From NCBI GenBank assembly GCA_965200875.1, contig OZ241456.1, positions 1,088,001-1,152,000 of the forward strand: DNA of 64,000 nucleotides, given 5' to 3'. How positions within the stretch are numbered: position 1 is the stretch's first letter; every line of letters starts with the position of its first letter. The stretch is from Bdellovibrionales bacterium. Lineage in GTDB: Bacteria; Bdellovibrionota; Bdellovibrionia; Bdellovibrionales; UBA1609. The notes below the pieces were generated by a model, which worked only from the letters and a program-made list of their open reading frames with translations, made no database searches and was not told where the DNA came from. Positions 18,510 through 29,568 of this stretch are shown here, in pieces. The position numbers were made by a program, and so were the translations under genes.

Positions 18510-20831
18510 TTATTTTTCGCCAACTTCACCAAAATCTTTGTAAGCTTGTACCTTAAGGCAAGTCATAACAATAGTATTAGCCACATCTTCTGTAGCACCT
18601 GTTCTTTGTACTACATTGGCAGGCTTTTTTACTCCCATTAAAAACGGTCCCAACACTTCCCCCGCGCCTAACTGTTGAACCAGTTTATAAGCTATGTTTC
18701 CTGCATCCAAGTTGGGAAAAATCAAAACATTAGCACCTTCTTTAATCTGACAAAATGGAAAAATATTTTTTATAATATTCGGATTCACTGCTGTGTCTGC
18801 TTGTATCTCTCCATCCACAATCCAATCGGGGTACCACTTTTTTACCAATAAAGTGGCTTCCCGCATTTTCCTAGGGTTCTCCTGACGGCCTGTAAAATTG
18901 GAAAAACTGAGCATGGCGATACGTGGTTTTATATTAAGTCCTCGCGCCACTCGTGCAGTATGGACTGCGATATTGGCAATATCCTGGGCAGTAGGGTTTA
19001 TGTTTACAGTTGTGTCCGCAAAAAACAAGACTTGATCTTTTGCCAGAACAATATTCATCCCTGAAGCAATTTTTCTTTTTCCCGTTCCAATGATCTGCAA
19101 AATAGGGCGGATACTATCCACATAATTTTGTGTTGCACCAGTAATCAAAGCTGACACTTCATTTTGTTTAAGCATCATGGAACCAAAATAATTTGGATCT
19201 TTCATTAACCGAGCCGCTTCTTTTTTCAAAATACCTTTTCTCTGTTTCATTTCATAAAAAATATTTACATACTTTTCAAATTGATTGGATCGAGCAGGAT
19301 TAATAATTTCCACTTCATCCATATTATCTAAGTCCATTTCCTGAATAAGCTGGCGAATTTCCTCTATATCTCCTAATAATACCGGACACATTAATTTTTC
19401 ATCATAAAGCATATTAATGGCTTTTAAAGTTCTTTTACTGTTCCCTTCAGGAAAAACAATCCGTGGGATATTCCATGAGCGAGCTTTGTTCTTGCGCTTT
19501 ACTTTGTTTATAATTTCTCTTATAAAGCCCCTTCTTCTTCCCTGAAAGCCCGCCAGTTTGAGTTTGTATTTTTCAAAATCAGTGATTCTCTTTTGAGCCA
19601 CCCCGGACTCCATCGCCGCCTTGGCCACAGCCGGTGCAACACGCGTAAGAACTCTCATATCGAAAGGCTTTGGCAAAATATAGTTAGGGCCAAAATGAAA
19701 AATCTCATCCTGATACGCACGGGATACATTATCCGGCACATCCTCTCTGGCCAAATCCGCCAAAGCAAAAACAGCTGCCTTTTTCATCTCCTCGTTGATA
19801 TGAGTGGCCCGTACATCCAAAGCTCCTCTAAAAATAGAAGGAAAACCCAAAACATTATTAACTTGGTTGGGATAATCGCTCCGTCCGGTGGCAATAATTA
19901 CATCCGGTACTGTTTGTTTTGCCAAATCCGGTTTTATTTCTGGATCAGGGTTGGCCATTGCAAACACAACAGGTTTTGCATTCATACTCTTAAGCATGTC
20001 TGGCGTAAATGTGTCTTTTACAGAAAGACCTATAAAAATATCCACTCCTTTTACAGCCTCACTTAATGTTTTTTTGGAAGAGGAAACAGCAAATTCCTGT
20101 TTGTAAATATTAATATCTTTACGCTTGGTATGAATCACTCCTTTGGAATCACACATAATAATATGTTCCTTTTTCACTCCTAGACCAATAATGAGGCGCG
20201 CACAAGCTATGGCTGCAGCTCCCGCTCCGTTAAAAACCACCCGAATTTGATCCAATTTTTTCTCTACAATATGACAGGCGTTTAAAAGCGCGGATGCCGT
20301 AATAATAGCCGTACCGTGTTGATCATCATGAAACACAGGAATACTTAATTCTTCCTCCAATCGTTTTTCTATTTCAAAACAGTCGGGAGCGGAAATATCC
20401 TCTAAATTAATGCCTCCAAATGTCGGCTCTAGGGCTTTACACACATTTATAAACTCATCCACTGTCTTTGTGTTCAGTTCTATATCAAACACATTAATGC
20501 CGGCAAACTGTTTAAACAAAATCCCCTTGCCTTCCATAACGGGCTTGGCCGACAAAGGGCCAATATTTCCCAGGCCCAACACTGCACTACCATTGCTGAT
20601 AACGGCCACCAAATTTCCTTTGGATGTATAGTCATAAACTTTGTCAGGCTGTTCAGCGATTTCTCGGCAAGGAGCGGCCACTCCAGGGCTGTAAGCCAAA
20701 GAAAGTTCGTCATCTGTGTCAACAGGTTTACTTGGGATGACTAGGATTTTCCCCTTTGGTTCCTGCTTGTGATAGGCTAAAGCCTTTTTATTCATACGCT
20801 GTGAAGCTGTGAGTTTTGCTTTCTTTTTCAT
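18510..20831 (-). CDS. maeB: NADP-dependent malic enzyme / phosphotransacetylase-like fusion
   Basis: LAYSPGVA, GGINLEDI, FHDDQHGTA, GAGAA, ATGRSDYPNQVNN; PTA domain with DGEIQADTA and FPNLDAGNIAYKL. Confidence 0.96.
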   Translation of the reverse strand: MKKKAKLTASQRMNKKALAYHKQEPKGKILVIPSKPVDTDDELSLAYSPGVAAPCREIAEQPDKVYDYTSKGNLVAVISNGSAVLGLGNIGPLSAKPVMEGKGILFKQFAGINVFDIELNTKTVDEFINVCKALEPTFGGINLEDISAPDCFEIEKRLEEELSIPVFHDDQHGTAIITASALLNACHIVEKKLDQIRVVFNGAGAAAIACARLIIGLGVKKEHIIMCDSKGVIHTKRKDINIYKQEFAVSSSKKTLSEAVKGVDIFIGLSVKDTFTPDMLKSMNAKPVVFAMANPDPEIKPDLAKQTVPDVIIATGRSDYPNQVNNVLGFPSIFRGALDVRATHINEEMKKAAVFALADLAREDVPDNVSRAYQDEIFHFGPNYILPKPFDMRVLTRVAPAVAKAAMESGVAQKRITDFEKYKLKLAGFQGRRRGFIREIINKVKRKNKARSWNIPRIVFPEGNSKRTLKAINMLYDEKLMCPVLLGDIEEIRQLIQEMDLDNMDEVEIINPARSNQFEKYVNIFYEMKQRKGILKKEAARLMKDPNYFGSMMLKQNEVSALITGATQNYVDSIRPILQIIGTGKRKIASGMNIVLAKDQVLFFADTTVNINPTAQDIANIAVHTARVARGLNIKPRIAMLSFSNFTGRQENPRKMREATLLVKKWYPDWIVDGEIQADTAVNPNIIKNIFPFCQIKEGANVLIFPNLDAGNIAYKLVQQLGAGEVLGPFLMGVKKPANVVQRTGATEDVANTIVMTCLKVQAYKDFGEVGEK

Positions 20832-20905
20832 TTGTTCAGTTACCTGTAATAAAGATTGTTTGGTGAGTCAACACTCTTTACCAGTAGCCTGTGAAAAAAG
20901 CCTTT

Positions 20906-21652
20906 TTAATGAATTCTTATGCGACTTCGAACATGAATGCCATCTCTGGGGTTTCGTTTTGGAGGAGTAGATGAATCTTCCTCATTCAGCCAAGGCATAC
21001 CTTCAACTTCAACGCTGGAGTTGCTTCTTGTAGCTCCAGAGTTGTTTCCTTCAGCAGTTCGGGTTGGTGGACGCAAGGTGGAATTGATTGTGAATCCAAA
21101 GCCAAAAGAATTGGGATTTGGATTGGCACATATATCTGGAGTGATTGTACTGGAGCACATTCCACGACTTCTGCCAGTGTCACGGCAAAATATAAGCTTT
21201 CTTTTTCCGGTTTGTTTGGAAACTCCATCACCCATACAAAAATTATTACCAGCAATATGTACATTAGTTACTGGTCCACGATACTCATATTGAACACTGG
21301 ATGCTGGGGTATTTGAAGTACTGTTTCCCGTAGGACCTGTTAAAAATATAGTTGGATCTTTAGACTGGGCACAAGCGAGAGCTGTCGGACAAGGAACCAT
21401 ACTTTTGTTGCTACCAGATACTTTACACACAGCTTTATTGCCACTTCTGGTTTCTCCATTCACATTGCATGTTACAATGGCAACACAATATTTGTCCTTT
21501 ACATCATTAATGCTAAGCAAATAAGGAGAACCTTCTTCATAAGAGCAATTTGATACAACCTGCCCACTTGCACCACTTATCATAAAAAATGAAATTACAG
21601 CCATTATCAGTGACCACGATACTTTTTGATATAAAAAACTTTGATTCTTCAT
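20906..21652 (-). CDS. Secreted Cys-containing hypothetical protein
   Basis: SD AGGAG, signal peptide (ASG^Q), two Cys-patterned halves. Confidence 0.7.
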   Translation of the reverse strand: MKNQSFLYQKVSWSLIMAVISFFMISGASGQVVSNCSYEEGSPYLLSINDVKDKYCVAIVTCNVNGETRSGNKAVCKVSGSNKSMVPCPTALACAQSKDPTIFLTGPTGNSTSNTPASSVQYEYRGPVTNVHIAGNNFCMGDGVSKQTGKRKLIFCRDTGRSRGMCSSTITPDICANPNPNSFGFGFTINSTLRPPTRTAEGNNSGATRSNSSVEVEGMPWLNEEDSSTPPKRNPRDGIHVRSRIRIH

Positions 21653-21701
21653 TGAACACTCTCCTTATATATGGTTATTTTTCAGCTTTATCAGGTTTTA
21701 T

Positions 21702-21728
21702 TTATCGGCAACCTGGATGAAAGGCTTA
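21702..21728 (-). promoter_or_regulatory. sigma28 (FliA)-type promoter
   Basis: Minus strand TAAG-CCTTTCATCCAGGTT(15 nt)-GCCGATAA, about 50 nt upstream of the ATG at 21652. Confidence 0.65.
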
Positions 21729-21813
21729 AGTGTTTTTTAAACTTTTTCCAAGGATTCAAGATAATAATTAGTAATATCAATGATTTATGAATTAAAAAAA
21801 ATATAAGTTTTTT

Positions 21814-23061
21814 TTAAAAACCAATGTCGGATCGTTTTTGCATACCGGACCAATAAACTTTGTCAGCTTGTTCATAAGCAAACTTAAGGGCTTTTTGTTT
21901 TGTATTTCCCAACCCCAAAGCATTTAACACTCTTCCTCCATCCACAAGCCAGACCTTATCTTCTTTTTTCGTACCAGCATGAAGAAAATAAGACTGGTTA
22001 GACTCAAAATCCATATCCCCCTGAATGGGCACACCCACTACCGGTTTGGAAGGATAACCTTCCCCAGCCAAAACCACACAAGCAGAAAAAGTGTTTGCTT
22101 TCCAATTTAAAGTCGGCACCTTGCCCTCAGCCAAAGATAAAAAAACTTCAGCCCAGTCTCCATCCAACAATGGGAACAAAACTTGTGCCTCTGGATCTCC
22201 AAACCGAACATTATATTCCAGCACAAAAGGAGTTTCATTTACAATCATCAAGCCTATATATAAAACCCCGCGGTAAAATAAATTATTTTTTTTCAGTCCA
22301 TTTATACTGGGTTTGACAATCTTTTCTTCAATCTTATTTCTTAATGTTTCAGAAATATTGTGAGGAGTAAAAGCTCCCATTCCTCCAGTGTTTGGACCTT
22401 GGTTTTTTTCTTTCAGTTTTTTGTAATCTCTAGCAAAAGGCAAAAGTGTGTAGTCACTTCCATTGGTTAATACGAATAAAGAAAGCTCCTCCCCTCTTTG
22501 AAAAACTTCCAATAAAGCTTTTTCTCCAGCCACACCAAAAATTTTCTTTTTAAACAGCAAGTGCGCAGACTCCTCCAATTCTTTTTGATTTTTGCAGATA
22601 AACACTCCTTTACCCCCAGCCAGTCCATCCGCTTTTAGCACTACAGGCCAGCCAAAATGAGGGCAACAAATTAAAATTTCTTCCAAAGAGTTTACCTCTT
22701 TAAATTCTGAAGTGGGGATCCCAGAAGAGAACATAAAATGTTTGGCAAAAAGTTTGCTGGATTCCAAACAGGAAGCACTTTTGGACGGCCCGAACACCAA
22801 AACATCCAAGGAACGAAAAAAATCTGACCAACCTTCTGTAAGCTCTTTTTCCGGGCCAATAATAACCAGTTTTATGTTTTTTTCCGAAACCAATTTTTTT
22901 ACGCTTTCTTTTTCTAAAGCATAATGAGACAGACATTCAGCATGAGATTCGAAACCGGCTCTTCCGGGCAAAGCAAATATTTTTTTAACAGCTGAGGAAA
23001 ATGCCAGTGCTTTTACCATAGCATGCTCTCTTCCTCCTTTTCCCAATACAAGCACATTCAT
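21814..23061 (-). CDS. purD: Phosphoribosylamine--glycine ligase
   Basis: GKGGREHA, IGPE, LESSKLFAK, KADGLAGGKGV, GPNTGGMG, EYNVRFGDPE. Confidence 0.97.
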   Translation of the reverse strand: MNVLVLGKGGREHAMVKALAFSSAVKKIFALPGRAGFESHAECLSHYALEKESVKKLVSEKNIKLVIIGPEKELTEGWSDFFRSLDVLVFGPSKSASCLESSKLFAKHFMFSSGIPTSEFKEVNSLEEILICCPHFGWPVVLKADGLAGGKGVFICKNQKELEESAHLLFKKKIFGVAGEKALLEVFQRGEELSLFVLTNGSDYTLLPFARDYKKLKEKNQGPNTGGMGAFTPHNISETLRNKIEEKIVKPSINGLKKNNLFYRGVLYIGLMIVNETPFVLEYNVRFGDPEAQVLFPLLDGDWAEVFLSLAEGKVPTLNWKANTFSACVVLAGEGYPSKPVVGVPIQGDMDFESNQSYFLHAGTKKEDKVWLVDGGRVLNALGLGNTKQKALKFAYEQADKVYWSGMQKRSDIGF

Positions 23062-23207
23062 GTTGGGTATTATTATATAAATTTCAAGACGATTCAACCC
23101 TATTTATCTGATCTTTTGGAGAGTATGAATTAAAAGTTGACAAATATTTCAAAAATAAATATTCTTGGTATCTTTATAATACAAATTCTTGATAAAAGGC
23201 TAAAATC

Positions 23208-26200
23208 TTGAGAAAAATTATCACGCTCACCTTCTGTCTTGTGTTTTCCTGTTATTGTTATTCTTTTTCTTTTGTCCCCAGTGGAGACACCCAGTATTTT
23301 ATTCTGGAAGAAAAGCAATATCGCTTGATTTTCAGTGAACAACTCCTTGGTTCTATTGAAAAAGTCAATCAGACAATCAAAAACCATATAGCCAACATGT
23401 CTCAATTTAAAAATCGCTCTTTGGAAAAGCCTATTAATATTATTTTGCTTTCTCAACAAAGCCAGGTCCCAAATGCTTTTGCGACTGTTAGTCCGAACTT
23501 CACAATCAGTATGTATCCTTCAACAATGGTGGGTCGTAGCATTCAGCTACCCTTCTGGTTCGAAAGTGTTTTTGAACACGAATTAAATCACATTTTCCAA
23601 CTTAGCCACTCCAATATTCCAAAACCAATAAGAAACATTTTTAATCTTCCAAGCCTTTTTTTGTTCTATCTGATAAACCCTTATCCCAATATGTTTTTGC
23701 CGATTTTTATTTTAGAAGGTGACGCTGTTCTTAAAGAATCCATTTTGACAAATAAAGGCGGGCGTCTTTATAACGGCGATAAAAGAGCACTAGTATATTC
23801 TCAAATAAAACACTATCAACATCAAATTCCAAAATTTATTAAAGAAAAATTATTATATCTTCGAATGACAGCCCATTCCGGCCAAGAAAAGTATATTCAT
23901 GGCGGATACTTAATGGCCATGCTTGCAGAGACATATCCCCACAACATTGTTAATTCATTTTTTACACTGAATAAAAGCAAACCTTCCCGACAAACAATAA
24001 AACAAATAAAAAGTACCAGTGTGAAAAATAAATTATCAAAAACTTTTGCAAAGGTTTTTTCTTTTCAGCATTGGTATTATTTTTTAGATGATCTTACACG
24101 AGCTTATTTTAATCACTATTTAAAACAAGCTCTTCGTCAAAAAAACTCTCCTGAACCAGCCTTATTCGAGAGCTTCACCTGCCCGCCTTTCAATCGTGCT
24201 GAAAATGATTTGTTCTTTTTAACATCTCATCATCGATCTGTACCAAATTTAAAAATTTTTAACATAAAAACAAAGAAATGGATAAATAAGAAAAAAGATC
24301 TTCCTCTGGGAAAAGTTTTTAAAATCAAGAACAAATATTATTCCCGATCTACAAACACTATAAGTCCAAACACAATTCACTACTCCCTGTTTTCTGAAGG
24401 AATACACAGTCTTGACGAATTTGATTCCAAATATGTGGAAGATATGACAAATACAAAAACACTGTATGTTGACACCAAAAATACTCTAAGTGGATTTAAA
24501 CTTTATCTTAATGGCCAGTTTTACTCTTATATTCATTCCAATGCTTTATTGGATCAAAAAGAAAATATTTATTACTTTAAACAAAGTGGCCAAAAAAGAA
24601 CTTTGTATAAAAATAAAATCCCGGTTTTTTCCTATAAAGGATATTATGGAGATATCATGGACATTGATTCAAAAGGGGTTGTTTATTTTACAGCATCAAG
24701 CCCTTATGGATCTTCCATTTATCAATACAAAAACAAAATCGTATCCAGAGGTTCTTCATCAGATACAATTATTCAAGCCAAAAAAATAAACGATGCAGAG
24801 TTTATTGTGTGTGAGGTAACCCCTTTCGGCTATGAATATAAAATGATTCCCATAGAAAAAATAGCAGAGCAACCTGTTTTATACAAGTATCGCTTTAAAA
24901 ATCGTTCTATAAAGATAGCAAGCGATAATAATCAGTCTTTTCCGGGTAAAAAAAACCAAGAAGGAAATAATGAAAAACAACAATATAAAAAGTACTCTTC
25001 TTTCAGAAATATTCATTACAATGGTGCTTCTGCTCTAATACTTTTTTTAGGAGTGGCATCCTCCCTAAATGGAAATTTACTGTTTTCTGATTATTTAATG
25101 CAAAACCAAATTTTACTTTCTTATATAGGAACGATCACACATCCTGTTGTCTATTCTTTGAATGATGACTCTTATTTTAGAATGAACAATCAACTCTTAT
25201 CAGCAAAATATTATAATAAAACAAATCGATTAAATTGGGACTTAGGATATACTTTTCTATGGAGGCGCGGGCTATATCAAGATACTTCAACAGATTCTTC
25301 GCCAGAATACAGCACAGAATATGATCATGGTGGTTCTTTGAGTTTCACTTACCCTTTGTTTCAAAAAGGAAGATGGTTTTCCCATATATCTTCACGAAAA
25401 TATATGGATTGGATAGCAGAAGACCATATTGAAGCTTCTTGGACAGGAAGTTTTATCATGGGATACTCCCAAAAGTTTCCATTTTTGTACGCTCCTCGCA
25501 GACGCTTTATATCAAAAATGTTTCTGGATTATGAAGTCCATACAGGATCATTCCATCCCGAAGGTACAGAAGATATTTTGTATGCCGGAGGTTTCAAAGC
25601 TGGTTTAATATTCAATTCCACTTGGCATTTAGGGAGTGATTTTTATCTTTTTCCCACTTCGTCTTATGTAATGTCTTTCCACCCGAATATAAACCCGGCA
25701 AGAGCTTTTCTTTATTCTGCAAGCAAAGGACTCAGGAACCCCAACAATCCTTCAGCCTACTATCATCCCGCTTACTCTTACAATGATGATATTGGTTCTC
25801 TTGATGATTCTTTTGATATGCTGGGACCGTTATTTCGCACAACATACCAAGCCAACAGTATAGGTACAACTGCCCTAGGTTTAAAAAAAGCTTTTATTCT
25901 TCCTGTAAATTGGATAAGTTTGCATAGCTTTACACCTTTATTTCGTGTTCGTTATATTATTTTTGAAAAATTATTTTCGGAGGATGCTTTGCACTTCATT
26001 TCAAAATATAGAAAGGATGTATCACCAAACACGGAAATTTATAGAGATATAATACAAAAAAATATAGAAAATACAGAACTCTTGAAAAAACAGGAGATAA
26101 AACCGGAAGAATACACTCAATGGCTGGAATGGACATTTGGTGTTGAATTTTTGTTTTTACTGCACCAAAAAATTCCATTAATTATGGGAGGTTCTTTTGG

Positions 26201-26360
26201 TTTCAGAACACCTGTAAAATTTTGGGAAAATAATGAATCATCTTCTTCTTCAGATTCAGATGAAGCCTCTGGGAAACCCATTAGTGGTGCACTATTCAAC
26301 CAAGGAAAGAGCAATTTTTTAAGTCCCACTTTTCAATTTCACCTAAAACTACCTTTATAA
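23208..26360 (+). CDS. Large exported protein with N-terminal HEXXH zinc-peptidase-like motif, probable beta-propeller and outer-membrane barrel
   Basis: Signal peptide, PNAFAT...FEHELNH...LEGDAV gluzincin-like pattern, aromatic beta-strand-rich C-terminal half. Confidence 0.6.
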   Translation: MRKIITLTFCLVFSCYCYSFSFVPSGDTQYFILEEKQYRLIFSEQLLGSIEKVNQTIKNHIANMSQFKNRSLEKPINIILLSQQSQVPNAFATVSPNFTISMYPSTMVGRSIQLPFWFESVFEHELNHIFQLSHSNIPKPIRNIFNLPSLFLFYLINPYPNMFLPIFILEGDAVLKESILTNKGGRLYNGDKRALVYSQIKHYQHQIPKFIKEKLLYLRMTAHSGQEKYIHGGYLMAMLAETYPHNIVNSFFTLNKSKPSRQTIKQIKSTSVKNKLSKTFAKVFSFQHWYYFLDDLTRAYFNHYLKQALRQKNSPEPALFESFTCPPFNRAENDLFFLTSHHRSVPNLKIFNIKTKKWINKKKDLPLGKVFKIKNKYYSRSTNTISPNTIHYSLFSEGIHSLDEFDSKYVEDMTNTKTLYVDTKNTLSGFKLYLNGQFYSYIHSNALLDQKENIYYFKQSGQKRTLYKNKIPVFSYKGYYGDIMDIDSKGVVYFTASSPYGSSIYQYKNKIVSRGSSSDTIIQAKKINDAEFIVCEVTPFGYEYKMIPIEKIAEQPVLYKYRFKNRSIKIASDNNQSFPGKKNQEGNNEKQQYKKYSSFRNIHYNGASALILFLGVASSLNGNLLFSDYLMQNQILLSYIGTITHPVVYSLNDDSYFRMNNQLLSAKYYNKTNRLNWDLGYTFLWRRGLYQDTSTDSSPEYSTEYDHGGSLSFTYPLFQKGRWFSHISSRKYMDWIAEDHIEASWTGSFIMGYSQKFPFLYAPRRRFISKMFLDYEVHTGSFHPEGTEDILYAGGFKAGLIFNSTWHLGSDFYLFPTSSYVMSFHPNINPARAFLYSASKGLRNPNNPSAYYHPAYSYNDDIGSLDDSFDMLGPLFRTTYQANSIGTTALGLKKAFILPVNWISLHSFTPLFRVRYIIFEKLFSEDALHFISKYRKDVSPNTEIYRDIIQKNIENTELLKKQEIKPEEYTQWLEWTFGVEFLFLLHQKIPLIMGGSFGFRTPVKFWENNESSSSSDSDEASGKPISGALFNQGKSNFLSPTFQFHLKLPL

Positions 26361-26371
26361 AAAGGACAACA

Positions 26372-27610
26372 ATGAAAAACAATATTCAAATTGACTGTGT
26401 CAGAATATCCGGGTTTCGTGGGATTCAAAATATGGAGATAAACTTGCCTCGCATAGCAGTCCTGATTGGTCCTAATAATTCAGGAAAAACCTCTATTCTC
26501 AAGGCATTGCAACTGATTTTGGGGAATTATGCCCAATATATTTCTAAAGAGGACTTTTTTATTGATCAAAAAGACAACCGGGTTGAAAAAATTATTATCG
26601 ATATAAAAATTATTCCTTTTGAAAACAACAAAAGTTTTAATGAGGAATGGACCGCTTTGTTTGGTGATAAAATCAAAAAAGAGGGAGAGCAGGAGTTTGT
26701 GGCTGTTAGAGCCATAACTGAACCAGACGAAGTAAATGGTGGTTTCAAATGCCAAAGATATATTATGCAAAAATGGCCAGAATTTAAAAGTTGGAAAGAG
26801 AATGAACCAAAAGAGAAAGATAAAATGCGCTTGCGACTACCGGGCGTGTCATTTGTTCCTGTGGAATCTCAAAGGGATATTTTCCATGAATTGCGAGATA
26901 AATCCTCTTTTGCCAGTAGGATATTGGTGGATGTTCAATATGACAAATCCTCCACAGAAAAGATTGAGAATGAAATAGAAAAAATCAATCAAGAAGCTGT
27001 CGAAAAAAGTGACGCCTTAAAAAATTTCAAAGATTATCTTAAACGATTAAGCTCCATGTTTCATGATGAAGCTGATGTTTCAATCAGTCCTCTTCCTAAA
27101 AAAATAAGAGATCTTTCCAAACATTTTTCAATTCATTTTGGAAAGAAAGGACAACCTGTTTTTTCAATGGAATATCATGGTGCAGGAACTCGTAGCTGGG
27201 CCTCCATTTTAACCACTTTAGCTTTTATCAAGTCCAGAGCAAAAAAGCATGAAGTGGAAGACGATTTATTTTTTCCGCTTTTTACTACTGAAGAACCGGA
27301 AGCTCATTTACACCCCAACGCACAAAAAACCTTATACCGTCAGATAGCAGAATTTGAAGGACAGGCAGTCATAACAACTCATTCACCTTATTTTGTCGCT
27401 ACAGCCAATATCTCTGATCTTCGAGCATTGTCTAACTCTGATAATGGTGTTTTGGCGAAAATTCCTTCAAAAAATCTCTCAGAAGTGGAGATTAAGAAAA
27501 TAAATCGAGAGATAATTTCCAAAAGAGGAGAATTGCTGTTTGCCAAAGCGAAGATGATTCCAAAGGCTGTTTGGAAATGTTTTGACAAAATATTAGAGCA
27601 GTTAAAATGA
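26372..27610 (+). CDS. OLD-family ABC ATPase (GajA-like) apparently lacking the TOPRIM nuclease domain
   Basis: ISGFRGI, GPNNSGKTS, HGAGTRS signature, EEPEAHLHP, TTHSP; ends about 20 aa after GELLFAK with no EG..E or DxD TOPRIM motifs. Confidence 0.8.
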   Translation: MKNNIQIDCVRISGFRGIQNMEINLPRIAVLIGPNNSGKTSILKALQLILGNYAQYISKEDFFIDQKDNRVEKIIIDIKIIPFENNKSFNEEWTALFGDKIKKEGEQEFVAVRAITEPDEVNGGFKCQRYIMQKWPEFKSWKENEPKEKDKMRLRLPGVSFVPVESQRDIFHELRDKSSFASRILVDVQYDKSSTEKIENEIEKINQEAVEKSDALKNFKDYLKRLSSMFHDEADVSISPLPKKIRDLSKHFSIHFGKKGQPVFSMEYHGAGTRSWASILTTLAFIKSRAKKHEVEDDLFFPLFTTEEPEAHLHPNAQKTLYRQIAEFEGQAVITTHSPYFVATANISDLRALSNSDNGVLAKIPSKNLSEVEIKKINREIISKRGELLFAKAKMIPKAVWKCFDKILEQLK

Positions 27611-29568
27611 AAATTTTATCCATAAATTTATCTGAAGCTCAGAAAAAGATTATCTATCAACCTATTGGTGGACCTATTCAGGTTTTAGCCTCTGCCGGGA
27701 CAGGTAAAACCCGTGTTCTTACAGAGCGGGTTCGGTATATTCTGGAACACACAAAAAAAGATGGCATTATTGCTTTAACTTTCACCAACAAAGCAGCGAA
27801 AGAGATGAAAACACGTCTGGAAAATTCAGATAAGGTTTTTGATCGTTGTTGGATTGCAACCATTCACTCTGTGGCGCAAAGAATAGTGGATAACTATGCG
27901 CATACAATCGGATTGCCTTCAGAGCTTCATATTTATGAAAGAGAGCATGACAGAAAAACTATTTTTTTACAATCTCTTGCAAATAACGGATTCAGTACTG
28001 AGTCTTTTATAAATAACAACAGCAATCCAGATTATGAAAAAAAACTGAGCAATACAATTCAAAGCTATATGGATAAATTCTCTGAAATAAAAAGAAACCT
28101 CTTAACAAATGATGAAATTAGAAAATCCTATAATAGCCATGTCTTGCTTGCTTTTCAAAATTATCAGGAGGAGTTAATCAGAAGTGGTGGCATTGATTTT
28201 GATGATATTTTGGTTTATGCCCACAAGATACTTATTGAACAACCTTGGTGCGGGCGAATATATAGAGCAAAGTATAAGCATATTTGTATTGATGAAGCAC
28301 AAGAGCTGAATAAGGCTCAATATGAATTTATTAAAGCTTTTTGTGCTGGAAAAATAAAAAGCCTCCTTATGGTTGGAGATCCGGATCAAATGATATACGG
28401 CTTTAATGGTTCTTCAAAGGATTATTTATGCAAACACTTCCCAGAAGATTTTGTTCCACTAAAGTGTGCTCTAAAAGAAAACTACAGAAGTTCAAAATCT
28501 GTAATAAGACTGGCCAACAAGCTGAAGCCCGGCTCTCAAAAAGAAACTAATTTTGCTGTGGAGGGCTTATGTAAAATTAAAGGCTTTGATGATGAAGAAA
28601 GCGAAGCTAAATGGATTTGTGCTAAAATTGAAGAAATATTAAAACTAAAAAATCATGTAGATATTGAAGGTTCTATATCTTTTAGTAATATTTCTGTGAT
28701 TGCCAGAAATCGATTTGTTTTCCAGGATCTGGAAAATGAGCTTAAAAACAAAAATATAAACTATCAGCTAAAAAAAAATAAACCATTATTAGAACCAGTT
28801 TCTGATTTTGGAAAGATATTGGATTTTTCCATTCGTTTGAAGTTAAATCCACAGGATTGGATCAGTCAAAAAAAGTTAACTAATATTTTAGGCATTATCC
28901 AATGTAATGAAAGAAATAAAAACTTTGATATTTTATCTCATTTTGCAAGTCAATTATCAAAGGATAATAAACAAGATATCTTTTCCAAACTTAAACTGGA
29001 AATTTGTAAAAAAATCTCCTCCTTGAATGTGGAACAGCCAAACATGCTATCACTTTTTAATGAACTAAAAGGTGAAATGGATAAAATTTGTAAAAAGAAT
29101 TTGAAAGAAATGGAAGAAAAAGAATTGGAGTTTTCTATAAGGGAGCTTGAGGATTTTAAAAACCTTTGGCTTTCTTTTAGAAGAAGCCCACAAAAAGGAT
29201 CACTATCAGCTTTTAGAAATGCCATAGCTTTAGGAGAGCTGATCGAAAAAAACGGTGAAGCTGGATTTGATACTTTAATGTTAAGTACAGTGCACACAAT
29301 GAAAGGTTTGGAAAAAGATATTGTGTTTCTGATGGGCATGTGTGATGGAGTGTTCCCTGATTACAGAACCATATCCTCGCCAAAAAATCTTGAAGAAGAA
29401 AAAAACAGTGCCTTTGTAGCTATCACCCGATCAAGACGATGGCTCTATATCACTTACCCTGAACAACGAAAAATGCCTTGGGGAGGAATAAAAAATCATA
29501 CCCCATCAAGATTTATCACTCAAAGTTCTAACAACGAAACAATGAGAGTCAAAGAGGTAAAACTATAA
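27607..29568 (+). CDS. UvrD/Rep-family helicase (GajB-like partner)
   Basis: ASAGTGKT, TFTNKAA, IDEAQE, VGDPDQMIYGF, ENYRS, TVHTMKGLE, FVAITRSR; ATGA-coupled to the OLD ATPase. Confidence 0.9.
   Translation: MKILSINLSEAQKKIIYQPIGGPIQVLASAGTGKTRVLTERVRYILEHTKKDGIIALTFTNKAAKEMKTRLENSDKVFDRCWIATIHSVAQRIVDNYAHTIGLPSELHIYEREHDRKTIFLQSLANNGFSTESFINNNSNPDYEKKLSNTIQSYMDKFSEIKRNLLTNDEIRKSYNSHVLLAFQNYQEELIRSGGIDFDDILVYAHKILIEQPWCGRIYRAKYKHICIDEAQELNKAQYEFIKAFCAGKIKSLLMVGDPDQMIYGFNGSSKDYLCKHFPEDFVPLKCALKENYRSSKSVIRLANKLKPGSQKETNFAVEGLCKIKGFDDEESEAKWICAKIEEILKLKNHVDIEGSISFSNISVIARNRFVFQDLENELKNKNINYQLKKNKPLLEPVSDFGKILDFSIRLKLNPQDWISQKKLTNILGIIQCNERNKNFDILSHFASQLSKDNKQDIFSKLKLEICKKISSLNVEQPNMLSLFNELKGEMDKICKKNLKEMEEKELEFSIRELEDFKNLWLSFRRSPQKGSLSAFRNAIALGELIEKNGEAGFDTLMLSTVHTMKGLEKDIVFLMGMCDGVFPDYRTISSPKNLEEEKNSAFVAITRSRRWLYITYPEQRKMPWGGIKNHTPSRFITQSSNNETMRVKEVKL

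Noticed and set aside
21775..21788. IHF-like site TATCAATGATTTA
   Set aside because: Short AT-rich match expected by chance in this composition.
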